DNA of 64,000 nt from Fidelibacterota bacterium (GCA_016934035.1 JAFGTP010000011.1:60486-124485), one strand, 5' to 3'; positions 29,215 to 38,648 are shown, numbered from the stretch's first letter. The notes: a model not told the origin generated them from the sequence alone. Program-made: numbers and translations.

Positions 29215-29295
29215 AAAATTCGGAAATTTCGGAAATTTCGGAAAGTTCTGAAATATCCTATATTTAATCCTTTTTGCATTATTCTGAAATATCAG
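29215..29295. repeat. 9-bp tandem array, candidate enhancer (UAS) 3
   Basis: AAAATTCGG AAATTTCGG AAATTTCGG AAAGTTCTG AAATATCCT (29215-29259) plus ATTATTCTG AAATATCAG (29278-29295). Confidence 0.7.
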
Positions 29296-29382
29296 AAAAC
29301 TAATTTTTAACATAAGTATTATCAATATTTTATCCAAATAAATATCGGTGTGATTGAAAAAAAATAATTCAAAATGGGCTCT

Positions 29383-29397
29383 TGGTACATCTGTTGA
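29383..29397 (+). promoter_or_regulatory. Sigma54-type promoter of the TBDR-cargo-PorV operon
   Basis: TGGTACATCTGTTGA, same TGGTAC-N5-TTG form as 24470. Confidence 0.6.
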
Positions 29398-29410
29398 GAA
29401 ATACCTATCA

Positions 29411-29455
29411 GGATTAGTGTAAGGGGGTGTCAAAAAACACATCTAAAACACAATC
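29411..29455 (+). promoter_or_regulatory. 5' leader hairpin B
   Basis: GGATTAGTGTAAGGGG; GATT(A)GTGT pairs with ACACAATC (29448-29455); inner GTGT/ACAC. Confidence 0.55.
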
Positions 29456-29492
29456 ATACAAAGTGCTAACGAGGTTAAAAAAGGAGGAAAGT

Positions 29493-32400
29493 ATGACAAG
29501 AAATGTCATTTTATGGTTATTGACCATCCTGTTACCATTTGTTCTATTCGCTGGAACAACTGGTAAAATTTCAGGAATAGTAACCGACAAGGAAACCGGT
29601 GAACCCTTACCCGGTGTTAATATAGTGGTTACCGGTGGCGGTCTGAATACCGGAGCGGCAACTAACATCACCGGTTATTATTCCATTATTAATGTTCCTG
29701 TAGGTGATTATGAAATGAAAGTATCCTACATGGGAAAAAAGACCATTGTAATTAAAAACCTACATGTATCCCTGGATTTGACGACAGAAATCAATCTTGA
29801 GATGGAAAACAGTACATTGGATATGGAAGAAGTTCTGGTTACTGCCGAACGCAAAATTATCAGAAAAGATGAAACCAATACCAATGTTATCAAAACTGCT
29901 GAAGATATTGAAAATCTTCCCGTAAGAGGTATGCAGGAAATTGCAGCCGCCACAGCAGGTGTTGTGAAAACAGCGAATTCCAACAACATGAATGTTCGTG
30001 GCGGACGTGCAGCAGAAACTGCAGTGTATATAGACGGCGTACTGGTTAATGATCCCTATAACAGTGCCGTCAGACTGTATTTGCCAAACGAAGCAATTGA
30101 AGAAATGAGTGTCCAGACCGGTGGTTTCAATGCCGAATACGGTGATGCCATGTCGGGTATTGTTGCTTTGACCACCAATGTTGGGACAAAAGAATACAAG
30201 GCCTCTATATCTTTTGATACGGACCAGTTTCTGAGTGCTGAGGAAAAATTTCTGGGGACCTATTCCTATGGCCATAATGAGTATGTTGCCACCTTGAGTG
30301 GTCCTATTATTCCTGGAAAAAATCATACATTCTTTTTCAGTGGAACCCGTCAATACCAGGCTGACTGGACGCCTTCTTATGGCTGGTCAGAAAATCCCTA
30401 TCGTCTGGAGGAAATGGATTATCATCAGACTTTTATGTATGACAATGAATTTGACAGCATTCGTATTGCTTATAATGATGAAATGGAAAAAATGGATACA
30501 ACCCTGATAACCTATACCGAAAGAGATACACTTGATCTCGGTAACCATCAATACAAGTTTAATGCAAGAATACCTGGCAATTTCAACAGTGTCTGGTCAT
30601 GGAACGGAAAATTTAAATTACAATTGACCGAAGGGATTTCACTGAAAACCGGTTTTGCCAGAACTGACAGGGAATTTGCTGCAGATCCTTATTATGATGA
30701 TGCGATGCACCGGCAATATTTCTTCAATCAGGACCATGGTCCTGTTCAGTCCAATCAGACAACATCTCTCAATACCACGCTGACTCATACTGTTTCCAAT
30801 AATACTTTTTATGATTTAAGATTCAAATATTTTGATACAGAGCGGAAATGGTACGATAAGGAATTTGGTGATGATCTGGAAAAATATGGTAGTGTTGAAG
30901 ACCAGCCCTTTCCGGATCAAAATATATTCTACGTCGGTAGTGAAGAACTCCGGTCGCTTTATGAAGAGCGGTATGACCGTGGAACTTCAACATTTAAAGG
31001 TACTAGGTTCAACGGTTCTCTGGAACCGGACTTTTTTGCGCCCGGTGTTCCTTATGACGATTATTTTAAAAACAGAACAACCTATTGGGGAATCGATTTT
31101 GATCTGACCCACCAATTGGGAAAACATCATACCTTTAAAACCGGGTTTGAATATAAATATCACACCATGCGTGAATTTCGTATGGTAAGTCCCTACAATT
31201 ACGTCGGAGATTATGATACTGATATTGAAAGATATCAGGGTGCGGACCTGCGATTCTACGGTTATGATGTTGAGGGTAAAGAAGTGGATGACGGGCCAAA
31301 TTTTCTGGATGATGTCGAAAGAGATGAATCCGGACAGCCCACATCTGGTTATGACAAACAGGAACCCTATCATCCGATTATTATGAGTGGTTATTTGCAG
31401 GATAAAATAGAGTATGAAAATATTATCATCAATATGGGACTGAGATATGACCGGATTGATCCCAATGCCTGGATGTTCAAACAAATTGATAAACAGGTTG
31501 ATGCAGATGGCAATTACATCAATGGCACCGGTATGTTTGGTGGCAATGAACAATTTGATGCTGTAGATACAAAACCCTCAGAAGTATATGACTATCTCAG
31601 TCCTCGTCTGGGCGTGTCTTTTCCGATTACCGAAAGTACTGTTTTCCATACACAATATGGTATTTTCTATCAGGCACCTCAGCTCATGGACCTTTATCTG
31701 AGTCCTTTTTATCTGGATACCTATGTATCAGGTGGTGGTTATTTTACTGTGATTGACAATCCAAATTTACGGCCACCCAAAACCACTTCCTATGAATTGG
31801 GTTTCAAACAAATGCTTGGCAATCGCGCTTCGCTGCAGCTGACGACCTTTTTCAAGGAAACTGAAGACCTGGTACTGATATTCCCACATTTGACCGATGC
31901 TACGGAAATCGCTTTTACCGATAATGGTGATTTTGGCACCATCAAAGGTTTTGATGTGATTTTTACTATGAGAAGATTCAATAATCTTTCACTGAATATG
32001 AATTATGAGTTCCAGGTAGCCAGAGGGACCGGATCCAGTACCAATTCCAATTTTGATATCGCCTGGCAGGATGGTTCCCGGGACGGAAACTTTCCAAAGT
32101 TTGCAATGCCCCTGGATTTTGAGCAGCGACATCGCGGCAGTATCATAATGGATTACCGATACGGGCAGGATGATGCACCAATCGGTTTTCTGAATAATGC
32201 CGGTATCAATATGATGTTTACTTTTAATTCAGGTAATCCCTATACTTTGGCGGTTGTTGCCAACACCAATCCTTTTGGCGGCCGGAATGACAATGATGGT
32301 ATTTCAGAAAAACCCTTTTCAGCAGTCGGTGCGGAGCGGACTCCCTGGATGTATCAGACAGACCTGAAAGTAGATAAAAGAATGACTTTCGGAAAAATAA

Positions 32401-32633
32401 AACTGACGGCCTACTGTACAATATTGAATGTTTTTAATAAAGAAAATGTTAAAAATGTTTACATCACCACTGGATCGCCCAATGATACGGGTTACCTGGG
32501 TACCAATCCCGGTAAAGTATACTGGAATAGTTTAACTGAAGATCAGCAAAAACAATTCAAGATGAGAGAATGGGATTATAGCCATTATGCAGCACCAAGA
32601 CAGATTCGTCTTGGATTGCGGCTGGAACTATAA
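29493..32633 (+). CDS. TonB-dependent receptor with N-terminal carboxypeptidase-regulatory-like domain
   Basis: AGTTGKISG, VRGGR...VYIDG, TGGFNAEYGDAMSG, SPRLGVSFPI, PRQIRLGLRLEL; AGGAGG before ATG 29493. Confidence 0.9.
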   Translation: MTRNVILWLLTILLPFVLFAGTTGKISGIVTDKETGEPLPGVNIVVTGGGLNTGAATNITGYYSIINVPVGDYEMKVSYMGKKTIVIKNLHVSLDLTTEINLEMENSTLDMEEVLVTAERKIIRKDETNTNVIKTAEDIENLPVRGMQEIAAATAGVVKTANSNNMNVRGGRAAETAVYIDGVLVNDPYNSAVRLYLPNEAIEEMSVQTGGFNAEYGDAMSGIVALTTNVGTKEYKASISFDTDQFLSAEEKFLGTYSYGHNEYVATLSGPIIPGKNHTFFFSGTRQYQADWTPSYGWSENPYRLEEMDYHQTFMYDNEFDSIRIAYNDEMEKMDTTLITYTERDTLDLGNHQYKFNARIPGNFNSVWSWNGKFKLQLTEGISLKTGFARTDREFAADPYYDDAMHRQYFFNQDHGPVQSNQTTSLNTTLTHTVSNNTFYDLRFKYFDTERKWYDKEFGDDLEKYGSVEDQPFPDQNIFYVGSEELRSLYEERYDRGTSTFKGTRFNGSLEPDFFAPGVPYDDYFKNRTTYWGIDFDLTHQLGKHHTFKTGFEYKYHTMREFRMVSPYNYVGDYDTDIERYQGADLRFYGYDVEGKEVDDGPNFLDDVERDESGQPTSGYDKQEPYHPIIMSGYLQDKIEYENIIINMGLRYDRIDPNAWMFKQIDKQVDADGNYINGTGMFGGNEQFDAVDTKPSEVYDYLSPRLGVSFPITESTVFHTQYGIFYQAPQLMDLYLSPFYLDTYVSGGGYFTVIDNPNLRPPKTTSYELGFKQMLGNRASLQLTTFFKETEDLVLIFPHLTDATEIAFTDNGDFGTIKGFDVIFTMRRFNNLSLNMNYEFQVARGTGSSTNSNFDIAWQDGSRDGNFPKFAMPLDFEQRHRGSIIMDYRYGQDDAPIGFLNNAGINMMFTFNSGNPYTLAVVANTNPFGGRNDNDGISEKPFSAVGAERTPWMYQTDLKVDKRMTFGKIKLTAYCTILNVFNKENVKNVYITTGSPNDTGYLGTNPGKVYWNSLTEDQQKQFKMREWDYSHYAAPRQIRLGLRLEL

Positions 32634-32666
32634 ATTGATTTCAATTTTTGAATTGGAGGAAAATAT

Positions 32667-35600
32667 ATGAGAAAAATTATAATATATACCTTGACAATGG
32701 TTTTTCTTCTGTCTGCATTTTTGATGGCTGAAGAAAATCAAAAGAAAACCAATGGCCCACTGGCGAAAACCGCCATGACCAGTGATATTTGGATGGACGC
32801 CAACAGGTTAAATGGTTTTATGAGAAATAATGGAATCTGGTTTTATGATATTCCAGCTCATACCTGGGGCCTGGAATGGCCGAAAGGCTCGGGTCTGAGC
32901 CCTATGTATGCCTGCGGACACTGGCTGGCTGCCCGTGTTGACGGCGAGGTCCGGGTAGGAGGAATTGTCCATGATGCCACCGAATATCAGCCGGGTGAAA
33001 TTCTTTCCCCCGGAATTGCTGCAAATCCCAATGATCCTGCCTACAGGTGGTATGTTCTCAGGCCCTCAGGTGTGGGTGACTGGAACAGCTGGCCGGTAGA
33101 GCAGGGAGCGCCGGTTGATGCAGAAGGGAATCCGATGATGATCGGTGATTATTCCGCCTTTTGTGTCTGGAATGATCTTGCGCCTCATACCCGTTTTGGA
33201 ACTGGAAAATTGAATGCTCAAATCCAGCAATTTGTCTGGGCCTTTAACCGGGCTGATGCACTGGGAGACATGATGTTTTCTAAATGGACTATTGTCAATA
33301 AAAGTGGCACCGATTGGAAAGACACATATTTTACGATTTGGACTGATCCTGATGTTGGAAATGCCACCGATGATTTTGTTGGTTGCGATACGGTTCTGGG
33401 AATCGGTTATTGCTACAATGCGACCAATGATGACCAAAATTATGGTGCTGCACCACCAGCAGTGGGCATTGATTTTTTCCAGGGACCCATTATTGATGAA
33501 GAGGGATCCCAGGTTATTTTGACCGATGGAACAGTCCTTGAAAATAAGAAAAAACTGAAAATGACATCCTTTGTCTATTTCAATAACAATGATAACCCGC
33601 AAAACGGAACACCCAATACGGGCCAGGATGCCTACAATTACATGAGGGCCATCTGGAAAGACGGTACATCGGTAACCGAAGGTGGCGTCGGTACTAATGC
33701 CAATAATCCGCCAGCCTCCTTTATGTTCAGCGGTGATCCGGTGACTGGCACAGGCTGGAATGACTCCAATGAAGATGACAGACGTTTCATGATGACTACC
33801 GGTCCCTTTAACATGACCTATTGGGAAGCCAATAATCCAAACCGCGATTTGAATATGAATGGTATCGCTGATTTCGGTGAACCCGGAGTCCAGGCTATCG
33901 TTGCTGGTTTTATTGTTGCCCGAGGAACCGATAATCTCAATTCAGTCGCCAAATTGAAACAGGTCGATGCTCTGGCGCAGCTGGCCTATGATGTAGATTT
34001 CAAACTGGCCAAAAACCCGATGTCTCCTGAAGTTGAAATCAGTGAATTGTCCAATGAAATTCTTTTGAACTGGACTGGCAATTCAGAATTCAATGAAGAT
34101 GGAACATTGTATGAATCCGCTGATCCGATCGTAGCCAAAGCCTTTGGCGATACTGTAATTATGGATAATATGGAAAAAGTCATTGCTGATTCAACCTATA
34201 ATTTCCAGGGTTATTCAGTTTACCAGTACGCTGATGCCGGTGGTGCCTCTCCGGTTCTCATTGACCACTGGGAAGTCGAAGATGCTTCAGAAGCTGCTCC
34301 CTATACCGGACCTAGAATGATTCGCATTACTCAGAATTCTCACGGTCAGGTAGGAAATGTCGGCGATTTACTGATTAACGGTAAGCAATATTATTTTGGT
34401 GTCGTCGCTCAAGGTTATTGCGAATTTGGTGCACCCATGATATTGGAAAGTGCTCCAACGATTGTCTCCGTCATTCCCCAGCAAAGGCTTGGACAGAGGA
34501 CTTATTCTGTATTCGGTGATTCTATCACAGTGACCCATATGAGAATTGACACAACTCAACCAACCAGTCAGGGCAATGTTGCCGCTTTGGTTGTTGATCC
34601 GACCAAAGTGACCGGCCACGATTACAAAGTTGGTTTTTATAACGATTCACAAGATAATCCGGTCTGGTATTTATATGATGAAACTGTAGGTGATACCCTT
34701 TTGAACAAGCAGGAAAATCAGAGAAATGACGAAGCCTACAATGTCACTGATGGAATGGTTGTCAAAGTCTCCGGTGCAGCTCCCAGTATTATTAGCGTTT
34801 CTCAGGTAGACACGGACAATTGGGATGAAGTCATTGACGCAACCCTGATTGGCAGTCTCAATGCAAAAGCGGATTATTCCGTTGGAAAACCTGCTTTTCT
34901 GGTAGCTGCTGCAGGGGCAGACGAAGGGGATGACGCAACCCAATTTACACAATGGGACTGGAAAGGTAATACAACTCCCAATGATATCGTCATTGAATTT
35001 GTTGAACCTGAAGAAGGACAGCTTGTTCTCAATGGCTGGGCTGACGCTCCAAATTCTGCCGATGGCAACTGGTTTCTCAACGGATGGATTGAATCGGATA
35101 CGGTGGGTGGTGAACAGACCATCCATGATACCCATGGCAGATTGCCTTTTAGAGTATGGATGATTACACCCTCTGGTGAAAGGACCCAGATCATTGCAGC
35201 TGTGCTGGAAGATAATGATAATTGGTATTGGGATCAGCAGCAGCCTGGAATTTTTGTTGATGGCGCTCTCAGTGGATGGGAAAGATTGTATTTATTAAAT
35301 TATCCCTACAATGAAACGGAACTGACCAGTGACGGCGGTGATAATGTACTCAACAATTTATTCTGGGGATCGCTCTATCCTGCTGCCCACTCAATCGGCC
35401 GCTTAATTTTTTCCATGTACTATGATCTATGGTCACCGGGAACAGGCGGACTTTGGGGAAAACCACCGGCAGCCGGTACTGTTATTCGTTGGAATTCTGC
35501 AAAACCCAATAGTGAAAATGATTATTACACCTTTACAGCACCAAAGGCTGCAACAGATTCCACCAGTCATCAGAAAGATGATATAAAAAATATCCAAGTG

Positions 35601-35900
35601 GTTCCCAATCCATATTATGGTTATCATTCCGGTGAAATGAATATTTTCCAGCGATGGGTGCAATTTACCAATCTGCCCGAAGAATGCACTATCAGAATAT
35701 TCGATCTTGCCGGCAACCAGATCAAGAAAATTCAAAAGAATGATCCAGCAACAACATTAGCGCAATGGGACCTTAGCAATGAATACGGCCTTCCGGTCGC
35801 CAGCGGTATTTATGTCTACCATGTAGATATTCCGAAGGTTGGCGAAAAAGTCGGCAAACTTGCGATCTTTGCTCCTAATGAACGGATGGATACTTACTAA
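32667..35900 (+). CDS. Large secreted protein with T9SS-type C-terminal sorting domain, function unknown
   Basis: Signal peptide; C-terminal IQVVPNPY...FTNLP..CTIRIFDLAG...WDL...VASGIY. Confidence 0.85.
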   Translation: MRKIIIYTLTMVFLLSAFLMAEENQKKTNGPLAKTAMTSDIWMDANRLNGFMRNNGIWFYDIPAHTWGLEWPKGSGLSPMYACGHWLAARVDGEVRVGGIVHDATEYQPGEILSPGIAANPNDPAYRWYVLRPSGVGDWNSWPVEQGAPVDAEGNPMMIGDYSAFCVWNDLAPHTRFGTGKLNAQIQQFVWAFNRADALGDMMFSKWTIVNKSGTDWKDTYFTIWTDPDVGNATDDFVGCDTVLGIGYCYNATNDDQNYGAAPPAVGIDFFQGPIIDEEGSQVILTDGTVLENKKKLKMTSFVYFNNNDNPQNGTPNTGQDAYNYMRAIWKDGTSVTEGGVGTNANNPPASFMFSGDPVTGTGWNDSNEDDRRFMMTTGPFNMTYWEANNPNRDLNMNGIADFGEPGVQAIVAGFIVARGTDNLNSVAKLKQVDALAQLAYDVDFKLAKNPMSPEVEISELSNEILLNWTGNSEFNEDGTLYESADPIVAKAFGDTVIMDNMEKVIADSTYNFQGYSVYQYADAGGASPVLIDHWEVEDASEAAPYTGPRMIRITQNSHGQVGNVGDLLINGKQYYFGVVAQGYCEFGAPMILESAPTIVSVIPQQRLGQRTYSVFGDSITVTHMRIDTTQPTSQGNVAALVVDPTKVTGHDYKVGFYNDSQDNPVWYLYDETVGDTLLNKQENQRNDEAYNVTDGMVVKVSGAAPSIISVSQVDTDNWDEVIDATLIGSLNAKADYSVGKPAFLVAAAGADEGDDATQFTQWDWKGNTTPNDIVIEFVEPEEGQLVLNGWADAPNSADGNWFLNGWIESDTVGGEQTIHDTHGRLPFRVWMITPSGERTQIIAAVLEDNDNWYWDQQQPGIFVDGALSGWERLYLLNYPYNETELTSDGGDNVLNNLFWGSLYPAAHSIGRLIFSMYYDLWSPGTGGLWGKPPAAGTVIRWNSAKPNSENDYYTFTAPKAATDSTSHQKDDIKNIQVVPNPYYGYHSGEMNIFQRWVQFTNLPEECTIRIFDLAGNQIKKIQKNDPATTLAQWDLSNEYGLPVASGIYVYHVDIPKVGEKVGKLAIFAPNERMDTY

Positions 35901-35941
35901 CGGTCAGGTTATCTGATAACGTAATTATGGAGGAAAAAGTT

Positions 35942-36976
35942 ATGAATAAAAATATATTAAAAATCACAAGCCTATTAATTTTGATACTGTTCAGCCAGGT
36001 GGTTTTTGCCAGTGGAAGCCGTGTTGGTACTGCTGCAGCTCCGGAATTGTTGATTCCCATGGGAGCCCGAAATGTGTCCCTGGGCTGTTCGGATATTGCC
36101 AACGTTACCGGCACCGATGCCATTTACTGGAACCCGGCGGGACTCTCTTACATCAAACAGGCCGAAGCAACCTTCAGTTATTTGAAGTATTTTGCTGATA
36201 TGAATGTCGCTTACATTGCTACCGGAATCAAGATGGGACAATTGGGTGCTGTCGGTATCAGTATTCAGTCACTGAATATCGGAAAAATTAAAGTGACAAC
36301 CATTGAAGCGCCTGAAGGCACAGGACAGGAAATTACTCCTGACTACCTTACTGCCGGATTGACTTATTCCAAAAAATTGACCAATAAAGTCGCATTTGGA
36401 AGCAATGCTAAAATCATCAGTGAAAATATTGGAAATATGTCAGCCACAGCTTTTGCCATTGACCTGGGACTGCAATACCACACCGAATTTGGACTTGATT
36501 TCGGTATTACCATGAAAAATATCGGTACTGATATGAAATTTGACGGACCGGAAATTGAATTCAACTCTGATATTCCTTTTGCAAATCCCAATGCCACAAC
36601 CCGCAAAACCAAACTGGACATGGCCTCCAACGAATTGCCCACCAGCATGAATATGGGACTGGCTTATACCCGAAAATTCAGTGATGCTGTAGCGGCTTCC
36701 TGCTATGGTCAATACAGTAAAAATACACTGGACATGGACAGAATGAATTTGGGTGGTGAAGTCAATCTGAACAACCTGTTGTTCCTGAGAGCAGGCTATA
36801 TTTATAATATCTATCCTGAAGATTGGGAGTGGGACAAGGACGCCCAGTTCAATTTTAGTTACGGCCTCGGATTAAATTTGATGGTTTCCGGGACCAAAGT
36901 CTATTTTGATTATGCATTCAGACCGATGGAATTGTTTGATGCGAATCAATACTTCTCCATTAGCGTAGGTTTTTAA
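35942..36976 (+). CDS. PorV/PorQ-family outer-membrane barrel
   Basis: GTAAAPELLIPMGAR..SLG, IYWNPAGL, AIDLG, terminal Phe. Confidence 0.85.
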   Translation: MNKNILKITSLLILILFSQVVFASGSRVGTAAAPELLIPMGARNVSLGCSDIANVTGTDAIYWNPAGLSYIKQAEATFSYLKYFADMNVAYIATGIKMGQLGAVGISIQSLNIGKIKVTTIEAPEGTGQEITPDYLTAGLTYSKKLTNKVAFGSNAKIISENIGNMSATAFAIDLGLQYHTEFGLDFGITMKNIGTDMKFDGPEIEFNSDIPFANPNATTRKTKLDMASNELPTSMNMGLAYTRKFSDAVAASCYGQYSKNTLDMDRMNLGGEVNLNNLLFLRAGYIYNIYPEDWEWDKDAQFNFSYGLGLNLMVSGTKVYFDYAFRPMELFDANQYFSISVGF

Positions 36977-36998
36977 TGGAGCCCCTTACATGACCTGG

Positions 36999-37026
36999 GA
37001 AAGGCTGCCGCAAGGCAGCCTTTTTC
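36999..37026. terminator. Terminator between convergent genes
   Basis: GAAAGGCTGCC-GCAA-GGCAGCCTTTTTC. Confidence 0.88.
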
Positions 37027-38648
37027 TATTTTATATCCATTAATGGAATTTTTTCAAGGGCCCGGTTGACAATATCCTGGCTGACACTTTCCGGCCTGAT
37101 TTTATAAAGGTTTTTGCCGGTTTTTTTTAGTCCGAAGATTTTTCCTGATTGATTGAATAGTTGCAACAGCGCCAAACCTAACTGAAGCCGGATTTCATTG
37201 CCGCTTAGGCCTTCTTTCAGAACCAGGTCATGGTTGTTTATCTGAAATTTGGGATCTATTGCTTGGGACCTCAATTCTTTGATAAAGTTAATAATCCGGG
37301 TAATGCGGAAAAGTGTCATAAGGTCTTTGCGTTTGAAATTTTCAGTTTCATAGGGCATAAAGGATGAACGGTAGAGGCTGGTGTCTTTTGGAATAAGATT
37401 ATTCTTTTGCAATTGATTAAAAATCGGTGTATTGGGCACCAGATAGAAAAAGGACGGGCCTATCAGAACTGGCAACTCTGCCAGGAAAAGGATGGAATTT
37501 AGCATTTGGTTAATTGTATGTTCTGGCAAGCCCAATATGATGTATGCGGTGATGAAAAATCCATGTTTTTCAGCGAGATGGACAAGTTCTGTAAATTTAT
37601 GTGTGGAGAAGGGACGATGGAGATGGTTCTGTTCTTGTTCATTTTCACTCACCAGTGCCAGATTGAGAGATGAAAATCCGACTGACTTCATTTTGACCAG
37701 CAATTCTTCATTGAGGTTCGTTGCCGTAATGCCATTCATCGCCTGAAAGGAAAGGTCAAACTTTGAAAATTTGTCAATGATCTGATCCAGAAATTCATTG
37801 AGCCATTTTTTTTGTCCGCCAAAGTGGTCATCCTCAAAATCAAAAGAGCGAAAGCCCTGGTGGATTTTTTGTTCAATCTCAGCAATCACATTTGTCACAC
37901 TGCGGGTTCTGTATTGATAACCCATAACCTGGTGAATGGAACAGAAGGAACATTTATAGGGACAACCGCGGCTGATCATGAGCATGGCGTGTTTTTTTCT
38001 GCCTAATTGGTATGATGGTGTGCCGGGCAGGGAATAGTCGGCAAATTTCAGGGCATCCAAAGCTTTGATCATTTTTTGCGGATTGATGACCATCTCTTCG
38101 TCTTTTTTCCAGATCAGATTGGGAATAGAGGAAAAGTCTGTGAGAGAGGCAGAAATTGCTTCAATCAGTTTGGGAAAGGTCTCTTCTCCTTCGCCATAAA
38201 CTTCAAAGTCAGCCCCATTTTCCAGAAAATTTCCTGGCAAAGCAGCGCAGGCATGGCCGCCGATGACAATTTTACTATCTGGCCGGGAAATTTTTAGAAA
38301 TCGAAGGATTTCCAAAACATTGTCAGAGTACGTTGTAAAATTGGCTGAAATGCCAAATACTTCAATATGCTGTGGAATGACATTTTCGAATTCTTCCGGC
38401 CTGCAACCAAAGCGGTAAAAATTTTTATATAAACCCAAAGGTGAACGGTCATCCTGCCGGTAATATTGTTTGAGAACGGAAAAGGCTTCGGGATATTTGA
38501 TACCTCGGGATTTGCTGTATCTCATATCCAGAATTGATACTTCATGATCTTTGATTTGCGCGCCAATAGATAGAAGTCCCAGGGGAATATTGCGAATTTC
38601 GGTGGCATAGAAATCATCAATGGGTGGTTGGATCAGGCAAATTTTCAT
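37026..38648 (-). CDS. Cobalamin-binding-domain radical SAM protein
   Basis: PLGLLSIGA, IGGHA, GEGEET, SRGCPYKCSFC, FEDD. Confidence 0.88.
   Translation of the reverse strand: MKICLIQPPIDDFYATEIRNIPLGLLSIGAQIKDHEVSILDMRYSKSRGIKYPEAFSVLKQYYRQDDRSPLGLYKNFYRFGCRPEEFENVIPQHIEVFGISANFTTYSDNVLEILRFLKISRPDSKIVIGGHACAALPGNFLENGADFEVYGEGEETFPKLIEAISASLTDFSSIPNLIWKKDEEMVINPQKMIKALDALKFADYSLPGTPSYQLGRKKHAMLMISRGCPYKCSFCSIHQVMGYQYRTRSVTNVIAEIEQKIHQGFRSFDFEDDHFGGQKKWLNEFLDQIIDKFSKFDLSFQAMNGITATNLNEELLVKMKSVGFSSLNLALVSENEQEQNHLHRPFSTHKFTELVHLAEKHGFFITAYIILGLPEHTINQMLNSILFLAELPVLIGPSFFYLVPNTPIFNQLQKNNLIPKDTSLYRSSFMPYETENFKRKDLMTLFRITRIINFIKELRSQAIDPKFQINNHDLVLKEGLSGNEIRLQLGLALLQLFNQSGKIFGLKKTGKNLYKIRPESVSQDIVNRALEKIPLMDIK

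Noticed and set aside
29215..29259. Tandem repeats as a CRISPR array
   Set aside because: 9-bp units without spacers and no cas genes
28870..29392. 10-bp inverted repeat AGATGTACCA/TGGTACATCT as an invertible promoter
   Set aside because: Short, no recombinase in the window, and only 6 bp in the paralogous module; read mapping would be needed
28774..29442. ORFs 28774..28983 (+) and 29164..29442 (-, with FPKFPKFP)
   Set aside because: No clear ribosome site or recognisable motifs; they cross a terminator, promoters and the 9-bp array, which explain the sequence better
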